From Planctomycetota bacterium (GTDB lineage Bacteria; Planctomycetota; SZUA-567; H5-PLA8): a stretch of DNA of 64,000 nt. Positions 45,485 through 55,071 of the stretch are shown here, in pieces; the stretch's first letter is position 1; the number at the start of each line of letters is the position of its first letter. Under the pieces are notes generated by a model that did not search any database, was not told where the DNA came from, and saw only the letters and a program-made list of their open reading frames with translations. The stretch is taken from positions 9,294-73,293 of the forward strand of contig BTVV01000013.1 of assembly GCA_045863855.1 (NCBI GenBank). The letters run 5' to 3'. Both the position numbers and the translations under genes were made by a program.

Positions 45485-46246
45485 ATGGATGGAATCGTGG
45501 CGCAAAGCGATAGGCTTGGTTTCCGTCTGCTTCGAACTTTCGCATTTAGCGAATGTACGGCCTTGGTTTTTCCTGCCTTAGCATTTTCGGTTTTGGTTCT
45601 CTGTTCCTGTTCTAGTCCTAGTCAGAGGGAGCGAGAAAAATCCGCACCGAAGGACCCCCAAGCGAAGCCCATTACAGATCAGGTAGAGGATGGGGGTGAA
45701 TCTTCATTTTCAGGTGAGATCATTACGCCTGACTTGATGCAGTCGGTTCCTCCGGAAAAGCGGCATCCATTTCTTATGCCTGGCGAAGTGTATAGCGTGC
45801 CGCGCGTATTAAGCACCCCCAGCGGCTCGGTTTTAGAATTAGCCGAAAAAGGAATTAAGATCGTTAAGGGCCATTGGGAGATTAAAGGGGACTTTATTCG
45901 AGGCTCGCCCTTAGAAGGACAACCGCAGGCCATTTTGGAGTTCGATGTCGAAGATGCCTACTATGTCGGGATTTGGGCGAGAGGCGAGGCGGCGGGAGTG
46001 GGCTATTCTGTGGGCAAAAATACTATCTACGGCATTCGTCCGAACAGTACCTTAAAGTCTGTGGGACTCTATTTCCCTATTAATCGAAGTCCCGAACTCT
46101 GGTTGGACGAGAAGCGCCATCAATCCGAGTTGCCCGACTCGGATACTGTCCTTTCAGAAATTAAAGAGGGCAAGTGTTGGTTGATCGTAGAGCAGGGCAC
46201 AATCGAGTTTATGAATTTTAGCATCTATATGCGTTCGAATAATTAG
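45485..46246 (+). CDS. lipoprotein, unknown function
   Basis: Signal peptide with lipobox LVLC-S. Low-GC codon usage. No known domain. Confidence 0.5.
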   Translation: MDGIVAQSDRLGFRLLRTFAFSECTALVFPALAFSVLVLCSCSSPSQREREKSAPKDPQAKPITDQVEDGGESSFSGEIITPDLMQSVPPEKRHPFLMPGEVYSVPRVLSTPSGSVLELAEKGIKIVKGHWEIKGDFIRGSPLEGQPQAILEFDVEDAYYVGIWARGEAAGVGYSVGKNTIYGIRPNSTLKSVGLYFPINRSPELWLDEKRHQSELPDSDTVLSEIKEGKCWLIVEQGTIEFMNFSIYMRSNN

Positions 46247-46281
46247 TAGCATTGGGGTCGGGTGTGGTAGTTGGACTTGGA

Positions 46282-47088
46282 ATGGATCCATCTATGGGGA
46301 AGCACGTCAACTCGCTGCAGGAAGCAGCGAAATATTCGAATGCGCTATTTTACTTGGATTGCGAGAACGAAATACCGGTTACAAGCCCAGTACGCTTGGT
46401 TCGATGTACGGATGATGCGTTGCAGCGGTTGAGCGATGATTTGGGTTTTTACGGACTTCTTACGGATGCCACTCAGTGCGTCTTTTTTGATATTACACCA
46501 AGCGATCCACCTTGGACGAAAGCGCAGCTTAGCGGGGATATCTGGGTTGCTCCTAAATACGAGGCACTTCTGGGCGCTGCGATTCGGCAGGTGCTTATCG
46601 GCAAGGCCGAAGACCTATACAATAGTGCCTTTGACCCAACGAAACCCCTTTACCCCCTTGAGTCGCGCAAAGTCGGTGCTACGCCCATGTCCCTCGCAGC
46701 GGAATCAAACGATTGGGATGGAACGTTTGTTCGAATGCTCCGACTGAACCCCAACATCAATGCCTGTAACTCGAATGGTGATACTCCACTTCATGGCGCC
46801 GCGAGAGGCGGCCACGCCGCTTTCGTTGAGCGATTAATCGCATTACGAGCTATGGTCAATGCCAAAGGCGCGCATGAAAGAACGCCTCTCCACCTTGCCA
46901 TCCTGAATCAGATGAACAAATATCCTCCGTCCACAGACGCCGCAAAGCTTTTGATTCTGAACCATGCCGATGTGAATGCAAAGGATGAGAAAGGCTTAAC
47001 TCCTTTGGACTACCTATTGCGGTGGTGTCCCAACGATCTTGAGTTGAAGGAAATGCTTCTGTCGAGAGGCGCAGTAAGAGGAGGCTAG
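46282..47088 (+). CDS. ankyrin-repeat protein with unknown N-terminal domain
   Basis: Two to three C-terminal ANK repeats (GDTPLHGAARGGHAAFVERLI..., ERTPLHLAI..., KGLTPLDYLL). An alternative TTG start lies at 46252. Confidence 0.65.
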   Translation: MDPSMGKHVNSLQEAAKYSNALFYLDCENEIPVTSPVRLVRCTDDALQRLSDDLGFYGLLTDATQCVFFDITPSDPPWTKAQLSGDIWVAPKYEALLGAAIRQVLIGKAEDLYNSAFDPTKPLYPLESRKVGATPMSLAAESNDWDGTFVRMLRLNPNINACNSNGDTPLHGAARGGHAAFVERLIALRAMVNAKGAHERTPLHLAILNQMNKYPPSTDAAKLLILNHADVNAKDEKGLTPLDYLLRWCPNDLELKEMLLSRGAVRGG

Positions 47089-47190
47089 TAGGCCGGTGGC
47101 ACGGGCAGTCCCTCCCACCGATCTTGAACGCGTCGCCCTTTCTGGATTTGGTGCCACGGGATGCGGACGTTCGCAACCCGTGCACACCAC
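47089..47190. repeat. REP-like imperfect palindromes (GGTGGCACGGG / GGTGCCACGGG ... CCCGTGCACACC)
   Basis: Two related GC-rich palindromic units lie between the ankyrin gene and the transposase. A third related unit (CGTGCCACCAGCC) overlaps the transposase stop at ~47905-47918. Confidence 0.3.
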
Positions 47191-47238
47191 CGTACGTCTC
47201 TCGATGAACGTCACGGACTCCTATAGACTGCGCGGCGC

Positions 47239-47901
47239 ATGGACGGTCGGCCCCCGCATCGCAAGCGCGTCCGCACGTACAACGTGCCGGGGCACGCGCA
47301 ATTTCTCACCTTCTCCTGTTACCGGCGCATGCCTCTATTAAGTAACGACACATGGCGTGGTTGGTTGGGCGAAGGCGTCGCGCGCGCATGCGCTTCATTC
47401 GACTTCGCGCTGTGGGCGTATGACTTCATACCGGAGCACGTTCACCTCCTGGTGAAGCCGCGCGGGAGCGTCTACGACGTGAGCGCCTTTCGCCGGAGTC
47501 TCAAGCAGGGCGTTTCCAAACGCATCGTGAACGCGCTTAAAGAGAAGAACGCGCCGGTGCTCGCGAAACTCCGCGTCCAAGAGCGTCCGAGGAAATGGTG
47601 CTACCGCTTCTGGCAGGAAGGGCCGGGGCACGACAAGAACATCTGGAGCCTGGCCAAGGTGATCGAGAAGGCGGTATACTGCCATCGGAATCCGGTGGAT
47701 CGCAAACTCGTGCGTTCGCCGGAACAGTGGCGTTGGTCGAGTTTTCGCTGGCTGGAGTTGGGTAACAAGGAACAAGAATCGCTGGCGGTGGACGCTTGGG
47801 ACGAGCGGCTCCGCGACGATCCGGACGGTGAGGCACTGGCTGCTTACACCCGCAGCCAGTGGCACCAGTTCCTAAAGGGTACGCGGAAAGATGAGGCGTG
47901 A
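47239..47901 (+). mobile_element. IS200/IS605-like Y1 (HUH) tyrosine transposase, REP-associated (RAYT-like) type
   Basis: HUH motif EHVHLLV. Catalytic Tyr context AVYCHRNPV. C-terminal W.WSS motif (WRWSSFRW). 220 aa. Confidence 0.7.
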
Positions 47902-47979
47902 CCGTGCCACCAGCCATGCGCATGAAGGTGCGCTTAAGTACGAAGAGCAAATTCTCCTGATACTAAAGGGGCAATAGCG

Positions 47980-48315
47980 ATGGATGCGGAAGAAGCCGTC
48001 AAGGCACTCTGCCATTTAAGAAGGCGTGGAGGCATTACGGAGGATGGTTTCATTTTGGCATTGATAGCCAACGCGTCTGAATATTTTCCGGCTGACATTT
48101 GGCGTTCAATAAAAGATGACGACAAGGCGGAAGTTAAGCGCCATGTGTTCTCGATAAGGAATGGGGCTTCGGTATTTGGAGGGATTGACCGCAAGGCGGT
48201 ACTGGAAGGCGTAAAAGCATTTGTTGATTTCTTTGAAAAGGACCCAGCCGCCGTCCTCCGCAAAAACTCATCGCGTGGCGGATCAGGGGATGAAGGAACC
48301 GTCGATAAAAAGTAG
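47980..48315 (+). CDS. small hypothetical protein (111 aa)
   Basis: ATG start. Low-GC codon usage like the neighbouring island genes. No known family. Confidence 0.35.
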   Translation: MDAEEAVKALCHLRRRGGITEDGFILALIANASEYFPADIWRSIKDDDKAEVKRHVFSIRNGASVFGGIDRKAVLEGVKAFVDFFEKDPAAVLRKNSSRGGSGDEGTVDKK

Positions 48316-48808
48316 AAGAGCAGGGCTGAAGTAGAGTCGGAATTGGCGGCTTCAACGCAGATCCGTGCAAACGATTGCAATCCCTTCCGCCAAGTAGCCG
48401 CCAAAGTTTTGCCATCGAAACCGTAGATCAAGAGATCGAGAAGGCTTGCAACCTACCACCCTTGGTTTCCTAAACCGGAGGTCGCCCTCTGCTTGCTCCG
48501 AAGGGCGGGCTCTGCGTTGGCCTCGCCCGCCGTATGGTCTCGATGCGACGCCCTGCGGGACGCCTTGCCGTTTCAAAAGCGCCTGGCGACGCGGTGAGCA
48601 CGCTTTTCAGCGAGCTGCCAGGGCGCGGGATCGATCGTTCCGGCTACGCATCTTTACGAAAGAGTGCGCGTTCTTGTGAGGGCAAAAAATTGGGTTAGGC
48701 TGAGCGGTGCATGGACGGCAAAACGCACCGGCAGCATGCGCGCACGTGCCAGCGGGATCGGCGGGCGGACGGCGTTTTGAACCGGATGCCTTGGACTTCC
48801 GCCTGCGC

Positions 48809-49975
48809 ATGTTGCGTCACGCGCCTTCATCCGTGAAATCCCGTACGCGCGTTCGCGCGTTGCTCCTGCTTTGGATCGCGCTCGTCTTCGGCGCTTTGTG
48901 GACGTACGGGATGCCGGCGGGGGCGGCGGGCGCGGGCGTGGGGTTCGCGGTGCGTCCGGCGCCGCCGGCGGGCGGCGGCAAAGCGTTCCTGCATGCGTCG
49001 ATGCTCGACGGAAACAGCGTGCGTTCGGTGCACAGTTGCACGCTGGTGGAACTCTCCGGCGGGCGCTTGCGCGCCTTCTGGTACGGGGGGAGCCGCGAGG
49101 GGGCGCTGGACGTCGCGATCTACACGGCGGTGTACGATCCGTCCGAGCGGACGTGGAGCCGCGAGCGGGCGCTGATCGACCGGGCGGTTTCGGAAGACGG
49201 ACTGCAGCGCTGCGTCCAGAAGCTGGGCAATTCGTGCGCGCTGCTGGACTCGAGCGGGAAGCTGTGGCTCTTCTTCGTCACCTCGATGACGGGCTGGTCG
49301 GGGAGCAGCATCAACGTCACGACTTCGCCGGACGAAGGCGAGACGTGGACGGCGCCGCGGCGGCTGGTCACGTCGCCGTTCTTGAACCTGAGCACGCTGG
49401 TGCGCAGCCCGCCGTTTCAGTTCGCGGACGGGACGATCGGGCTTCCGGTGTACCACGAATTCCTGAGCAAATTCTGCGAGCTGTTGCGGCTGGACGGGGA
49501 CGGCAACGTGCTCTCGAAGCAGCGTCTGACGCAGGACCGTCTGGCGATCCAGCCGGCGATCGTGCCGTTCGGGGCGCTGGAGGCCGTGTGCCTGATGCGG
49601 CCGACGTATTCGTCGCCCAAGCGCGTGATCGGCTCGCGGACGACGGACGGCGGGCGGACGTGGAGCGCGGCGGCGCCGCTGGAGCTTACGAGCGACCGTT
49701 CGGGCGTGGCGGGGGTGCGGATGCCCGACGGCGGGCTGCTGGCGGCGGCGCGGGTGATGCGCAAGCTGACGCTTTCCGTATCGCGCGACGAAGGCGCGAC
49801 GTGGCGGACGGTGGCGCACGCGGCGGACGGCCTGGTGGCGGAAGACCCGAACGAGCGGACCACGTATCCGTGCCTGCTGCTGACGAAGGCCGGCGAATAC
49901 CACCTGGTCTTCACGTACAACCGGCGCGAGATCCGGCACATGCACTTCAACCAAGCGTGGCTGGATCTGCCATGA
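48809..49975 (+). CDS. BNR-repeat / sialidase-like (exo-alpha-sialidase fold) protein with N-terminal signal anchor
   Basis: Three Asp-box motifs S-x-D-x-G-x-T-W (SPDEGETW, TTDGGRTW, SRDEGATW). N-terminal hydrophobic anchor. Confidence 0.7.
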   Translation: MLRHAPSSVKSRTRVRALLLLWIALVFGALWTYGMPAGAAGAGVGFAVRPAPPAGGGKAFLHASMLDGNSVRSVHSCTLVELSGGRLRAFWYGGSREGALDVAIYTAVYDPSERTWSRERALIDRAVSEDGLQRCVQKLGNSCALLDSSGKLWLFFVTSMTGWSGSSINVTTSPDEGETWTAPRRLVTSPFLNLSTLVRSPPFQFADGTIGLPVYHEFLSKFCELLRLDGDGNVLSKQRLTQDRLAIQPAIVPFGALEAVCLMRPTYSSPKRVIGSRTTDGGRTWSAAAPLELTSDRSGVAGVRMPDGGLLAAARVMRKLTLSVSRDEGATWRTVAHAADGLVAEDPNERTTYPCLLLTKAGEYHLVFTYNRREIRHMHFNQAWLDLP

Positions 49976-50613
49976 CCGTTCACGCGCTGAGCGCCTGCTT
50001 CGGCCTGGGCGGCTGCTTGCTCGTGGCGCTCTTCTTTTTAACCTCGGCGTTTCGCTTCGTGGCCGTTCCGGTCTGGGCGCGCTGGGGCTTCGCGGCGGCG
50101 GCCGTGGCGGCGTTGCTGGTTCCGCTGGACGGTATCTCCGGCGCGGAGTACGTGCGCTCGTGGACGGGCGACGTGAGTCTGACGCTGGCGGCGCTGCTGG
50201 CGCTGTGGTGCTGGGAGCAGCTTTCCGGGCGGCGCGTGCTGGAAGCGCGGAGCTTGACGCGGCTGAGCGGCGCGGTGCTGGCGTTGGCGGTCTGCTTTTA
50301 TCCGTTCGCGCTGGGGTGGTCGATGTTCGATCCGTACGCTCTGGGGTACGGATCGCACGCGCTCTTCGCGAGCCTGCTGCTGCTGACGCTGGCGGCGTGG
50401 TACGCCGAAGAGCACGTGCTGGTGCTGGTCCTGACCTTCGGCGCGGCGGGCTTCGCGCTGGACGTGCTGGAATCGCGCAACCTGTGGGATTACCTGATCG
50501 ATCCGGTGCTGAGTCTGCTGGCGCTGGTGTGGCTGGCGTCGCGGCTGGCGCTGCGGTGGCCGTGGCGCGCGAAGCCGGCCGCCGGCGCGGCGAGCGAAGC
50601 GGCGGCGCTCTGA
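49972..50613 (+). CDS. integral membrane protein, unknown function
   Basis: The ATG overlaps the sialidase-like stop (ATGA). Five to six TM helices. Confidence 0.5.
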   Translation: MTVHALSACFGLGGCLLVALFFLTSAFRFVAVPVWARWGFAAAAVAALLVPLDGISGAEYVRSWTGDVSLTLAALLALWCWEQLSGRRVLEARSLTRLSGAVLALAVCFYPFALGWSMFDPYALGYGSHALFASLLLLTLAAWYAEEHVLVLVLTFGAAGFALDVLESRNLWDYLIDPVLSLLALVWLASRLALRWPWRAKPAAGAASEAAAL

Positions 50614-50637
50614 ACCTTTCTTAAAAAGTCAGGCTCT

Positions 50638-51567
50638 TCAGAAGTCCGCACCGGGTTCGGCCTCGGCGGAGGGCTCTTTGGCGTTGGGCCGGAGGTGATG
50701 CGGGAATTTGGATTCGAGGCGGGCTTTTAGTTTTTCGCGCGCGGGGCCATCGAGGGCGGCGAGGAGGCTTGCGCGGGCGGCATCAACGAGTTCGCGGGCG
50801 GCGGCGGCGGCATCCTGCATGAACTGCTGCGCGTCCTTGGCGAAGGCGGCGAGTTCGGGCGGCAGGTTCTGGGGTTCGCTCGACTGTTTGGCCAGCGCCC
50901 AGCCTTGTGCGGCGCGAGCTTCGAGTTCGCGGATGCGCGGTTCGAGCTTGGCGAGGCGAGCGGCCAGATCGGCGGCGAGCTTTTCGCGGACGGCGTCGAG
51001 CGCTTCTTTCTGGGCGCGGTCGGAGCCGGTGAGCACATCGTTGGCGCGCTTTTCGTAGCGGCGGCGCAGTTCGACGGCGCGTTCGGCGAGGCGGGCCTGT
51101 GCGGCCGTCCATTCCTGCTCCAGCTTGTCCCGTTCGGCTTGATAGGTCTCGCGCAGCCGCTGCATGGCCGTGGTGCCGGCGGGGAAGATCTCTTCGGCCG
51201 GGACGCCGCGCGCGAACGAATAGAGCAGATCGACGCCGCCGGGCGGCACCTTGAGGACGAAGGTGCGGCGCGGACCGTAATCGAGGTCGGACAGATCGGG
51301 CGCGGCGGGCAGGCCGAAGGCGAAGCGCACGCCGCGTTCGACGCCGTTGGGGTGCAGGCCGAAGTGCATGGCTTGGCCAATGGTGCTGTAGTGCGCGGCG
51401 CCGGTGGCGAGAAACTGAAGCGAGACGGCGGCTTGCCCGCGCTCGGTTCGAGAGGCTTCCACGCGGATAACCTTGGGGCGCTCGTTCTTGGGCGCGGATT
51501 CGTCCTCGGCGCGCGCGGCGGCCGACGCGAAGAGCAGGAGCGTCAGGGTGGCGGGGGCGAGGCGCAT
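50638..51567 (-). CDS. periplasmic coiled-coil protein (Spy/CpxP-like), paralog A
   Basis: Signal peptide MRLAPATLTLLLFASAAARA. Shares a conserved block with paralog B (GGVD.L..F..G...EEIF). Ala/Glu/Arg-rich coiled coil. Confidence 0.5.
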   Translation of the reverse strand: MRLAPATLTLLLFASAAARAEDESAPKNERPKVIRVEASRTERGQAAVSLQFLATGAAHYSTIGQAMHFGLHPNGVERGVRFAFGLPAAPDLSDLDYGPRRTFVLKVPPGGVDLLYSFARGVPAEEIFPAGTTAMQRLRETYQAERDKLEQEWTAAQARLAERAVELRRRYEKRANDVLTGSDRAQKEALDAVREKLAADLAARLAKLEPRIRELEARAAQGWALAKQSSEPQNLPPELAAFAKDAQQFMQDAAAAARELVDAARASLLAALDGPAREKLKARLESKFPHHLRPNAKEPSAEAEPGADF

Positions 51568-51755
51568 GGGGGCTCCGGTGGGGCGAAGTCCAAAATTCAA
51601 ACGGCAAGAATCCAACCAACGGCCAACGACAGCAACGGATCCATCAACGGAAACTTCCACAGCTACTTCAACGGCTGCGGGCGGGACGCCCGCGATACGG
51701 GGTTGCGGCCGGCCCCCGTCCGGTGGGGACGGGGGCTGAGGCCGCGGGATGAGGG

Positions 51756-52787
51756 TTAGAAGTTCTCGCCGGGAGGAGCCGCGGGCTTTTCGGGCGCGCC
51801 TTGGGGCTCGTTGCCGCGCTCGGGTCGATTGCCACGGTCTCCACCGGGAGGTCCGCCGCGACCGCGTCCGCCGTCGCGCATCTGCTGGCGGCGCTCTTCG
51901 AGTTCCTTGAACTGCGTCTCGAGCTTGGTCTTGGCGTCTCCGGTGAGGGCCGCGAGCATCTTGGCATGGGTGTCCTGCGTGACCTTCTCGATGGCCTCGC
52001 GGAGCTTGCCTATGACTTCCTGGCCCTTCTGGTAGACGCCGGCGAGGGCGCGCCAGTCGCGGTTCTCGCGGACTTCGGCGCCTTTGGCCGTGGCTTCTTC
52101 CTTGAGCTTGGTCAAGTCTTCGTTGAAGGGCTCGTTGGCCTTGGCGCGTTCTTCGTGGTAGGCCTTGGCGAGCGCATCGAGCTGTTCTTTCTCGGCCTTC
52201 TTGTCGCCCAACTGTTCGTTGGCCTTGCCTTCGTACTGTTCGCGCAGGGCGATGACCTTGAGCGCGAAGGCTTTGTTGGCGGCGTTGAGTTCGGTCTGCA
52301 GCTTCTTGAGTTCCTCGGCGTATTCCTTGCGCAGCCCGTCGAGGGAGGCGGTCTGTTCTTCGGTGAGCGTGAAGATTTCTTCGGCCTTCAGGCCGTCGCG
52401 GAAGGCATCGAGGTTGTCAACGCCGCCGACGGGTGTATTGACGACGAAGCGCTTCTGGACGCCGAAGTCGAGGCTTTCGACTTCGATGGGCGAGCTGCGC
52501 CCGACCATGAAATCGATCTGGCGATCGATCCAGGAGGTGGGGTTGTTTCCGCCGCCAAAACCACCGTTTCCGCGTCCGCGGAAGCCGCGCATCATTTCCG
52601 GCCCGCCGCCGGGTTGCATGCCGTCTTTGCGTTCGCCTTGCGGAGCGTTGGCGCCGGGGGTGACGGTGACAACGGCATCGCCTTCCTTTTTGGGCGCGCC
52701 TTCTTCTTCGGCCTGGGCGTGCCAAGGCAGCCAGCAGGCCAGGGCCAGGGCGAGCCCCGCTTGGACCTTCTTCGCTTCGCACAACAT
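51756..52787 (-). CDS. periplasmic LTXXQ-motif coiled-coil protein (Spy/CpxP-like), paralog B
   Basis: AGGAGG ribosome-binding site. Signal peptide. LTEEQ motif. Gly-rich tails. Confidence 0.5.
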   Translation of the reverse strand: MLCEAKKVQAGLALALACWLPWHAQAEEEGAPKKEGDAVVTVTPGANAPQGERKDGMQPGGGPEMMRGFRGRGNGGFGGGNNPTSWIDRQIDFMVGRSSPIEVESLDFGVQKRFVVNTPVGGVDNLDAFRDGLKAEEIFTLTEEQTASLDGLRKEYAEELKKLQTELNAANKAFALKVIALREQYEGKANEQLGDKKAEKEQLDALAKAYHEERAKANEPFNEDLTKLKEEATAKGAEVRENRDWRALAGVYQKGQEVIGKLREAIEKVTQDTHAKMLAALTGDAKTKLETQFKELEERRQQMRDGGRGRGGPPGGDRGNRPERGNEPQGAPEKPAAPPGENF

Positions 52788-52837
52788 GGTACGTCCTCCT
52801 GTGGTTCGGCTCTTCGCAGCCGGATGAAAATCGATGT

Positions 52838-54110
52838 TTACTTCGTTCCCGTCCACGCGTCGGGCGGGCGATAGCGTTCGCGCCCGCGGCGCACGGCGCC
52901 GGCGGCACGTTCGAGCTTGCAGGCCTGTCCGGCGGGCGTGGGCGCTTGCGCGTCGCGTTCCAACTGGCCGAGCCTGCGTTCGTGAGCTTCGAGATACTGC
53001 GCGACTCGGGCGCGGCGCTCGGTGAGTTCGCCGCGCGCCGCGGCTTCGGCTTGAGCCAGCCCGGCGTCGAGTTCCTTCAGGGTGCGGCGGTATTCGTCGA
53101 CGCGGGCGGAGTAGAGCGCGCGCTGGGCATGGAGCGCTCCGGCGTCGGCGGTCTGCTTAAGCGTCTCGACGCGCTTCTCGACGGTATCGAGGAAGACCTG
53201 GACGTTCTCGCGTTCGAGGTCGGAGACGTACATTTCGCCGGCGCGGACTTCGACGGCGCCGGAGGCGTGCGCGGCGGCGACCTGGGCCGAACCGCTGAAG
53301 ACCATCACGATGCCCTGGCCGCGGCGATCGGGATTGGGCGCGCCGGGCGGCGGGGCTTCTTCCTGGAAGACCATGGAGACGCCTTCGACCTTCGCGTCGA
53401 GGGCGGTGCTTTTGACCACGAGCGGTTCGGCTCCGCCGGGTTCGTAGGCGAAGAGCAGGCCGTCCTGCAGATGCAGCGCTTCGGCGGCGCCGCGCGCCTG
53501 CGGCCGGAAGCGCGTCTCTTGGAGCAGGCGCAGGCGCCCGCCGTTGGCGGTGCCGAAGACGGCTTCGCCTTCCTTACTGACTTGATAGAGCTTGCCCGGC
53601 GCGATCGCTCCGGCGGGCTTGCCGTCGGCGTCCAGCAGTGCGGCGGACCCGGGCAGCATTTCGATGCGCGCGACCGCGGCGCCGCGGTCCTGGAGCGCGC
53701 GGATGCCCAGCCAACTCAGGCCCAACGCAGCGACGCACGCGGCGGCCGCGCCGAACCGGCGCAGCCCAGGCGAGCGGCGCGCTTCGGAAATGAGGAGCGG
53801 GGCGCTGCCGGGGTCGCGCACGGGCGATGGCTGGAGCGTGGAATCATTCGCGGCGGTGTCCGACGGGAGCGCGGCCATGACACGCGCGGCGAAACGTGCG
53901 CCGGGCTGCGCTTCGCGCGAGGCGGCTACGAGTTGCGCATCGACTTCGTCGAGCGCATCGAGAAGCGCGCGCGTGGCGTCCGACGCGCGGGCGCGCTGGA
54001 GCGCTTGCGCGGCTTGGGGCTCGAGCGTTTCGCCGTTGCGTTCGCGCACGTGCGCTTCGGCGGCGGCGAATGCTTCGGGCGTCAGCGCCTGTTCCAGATC
54101 TTCCGGCGTC
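52838..54110 (-). CDS. anti-sigma factor (single-pass membrane, periplasmic sensing domain)
   Basis: Immediately downstream of the ECF sigma gene. Cytoplasmic N-terminus, TM helix FGAAAACVAALGLSWLGI, then a ~270 aa periplasmic domain. Confidence 0.6.
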
Positions 54111-54218
54111 ATGGCCACTCCTTCCACATCCAGCACGAGACTCGTACCGCGGGTTTTGCTGCCGCAGGCGCGTAAATCTCTCGAACTGCGATTATTACCG
54201 GCGCGTTCACGGTGCTGC

Positions 54219-54848
54219 TCATGGGCGTTCGCCTTTGCCGATGGCGTTGCGCAAAACGGCGAGTGCGCGCGTCAGGCGGCTGGTGATGGTGCCGATGGGC
54301 ACGCCTTCCGCTTCCGCAATCTGCTTGCAGCTCAAGCCTTGCTGGTACTTCTGCAGCATGGTCTGGCGGTAGGGTTCGGGGAGTTCTTCGACCATCGCCA
54401 GGACATCGGCGGCGCGAGCGCGGTCGGGGTTCGGTTCGGGTTCGGGCACATCCATCTCGGGATGGAGCGCGCTTTCGGGCCGCGACGACTGGCGCCGCGC
54501 TTCGCGCGAGGCGCGGTGGCGGGCGATCTGGAGTAGCCAGGGGAGAAAACGAGCCTGTTCGCGCAACTGAGCCAAGGCCGAGAAGGCGTTGACGAACACC
54601 TCCTGGGCCAGGTCTTCGGCCCGATGCGGTTCGCGGACGTACGGAAAGACGACGCCGTACACGACGCGCTGATAGCGTCCGACGAGTTCTCCGAAGCGTT
54701 CGCGCTGGCCGGCCAGGACGGCTTGGATGCACTCGGCATCCGCGGCAGCGGCCGCCGAAACGGGGGGCTCGGCGGAGCTGGCTGCATCCTTATTAGGGGG
54801 CACGGGCTGGGAGGCCCGGCGTGGCGAAGGCGCCGTCATCACACACAT
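54219..54848 (-). CDS. ECF (sigma-70 family group IV) RNA polymerase sigma factor
   Basis: Region 2 (AEDLAQEVFVNAF, LPWLLQIARHR) and region 4 HTH (LSCKQIAEAEGVPIGTITSRLTRA). Confidence 0.85.
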   Translation of the reverse strand: MCVMTAPSPRRASQPVPPNKDAASSAEPPVSAAAAADAECIQAVLAGQRERFGELVGRYQRVVYGVVFPYVREPHRAEDLAQEVFVNAFSALAQLREQARFLPWLLQIARHRASREARRQSSRPESALHPEMDVPEPEPNPDRARAADVLAMVEELPEPYRQTMLQKYQQGLSCKQIAEAEGVPIGTITSRLTRALAVLRNAIGKGERP

Positions 54849-55071
54849 CCTACTTAGGGCTCGGAACCCTGATTCTTGCTGCCGCGAGCATCACCTTACT
54901 CTGTAACTCTTAATCCTGATAGTGTTTACCGCAAGGCATGGGGGTTGGGGCCGCGCTTTGTATATAAGCTATATTTTTTCTATGGTTAACCTTTCCGGAG
55001 CCATCGATACACTGATTGAGATCACGTAAGCACTTGTGCTTTATAGACCTGCCGGTACCGAAGGAACGCTT

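Larger units (their letters stand above)
44560..48700. other. AT-richer genomic island (putative horizontally acquired region)
   Basis: Base composition is visibly lower in GC than the flanks. The drop is strongest at 45480-47090 and 47930-48320. The island contains a Y1 transposase and orphan genes. Confidence 0.5.

Noticed and set aside
48316-48808. Possible ncRNA in the GC-rich spacer between the island and the sialidase-like gene (inverted repeat GGCGGCT...AGCCGCC)
   Set aside because: There is only a long-loop weak inverted repeat with no terminator or conserved motif. Evidence is insufficient.
54849-55071. ECF-type promoter (GGAAC..CGT) for autoregulation of the sigma gene
   Set aside because: A GGAACC motif is visible, but it is on the plus strand facing the kinase and is too poorly spaced to call. 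Left as unassigned AT-rich divergent promoter region.
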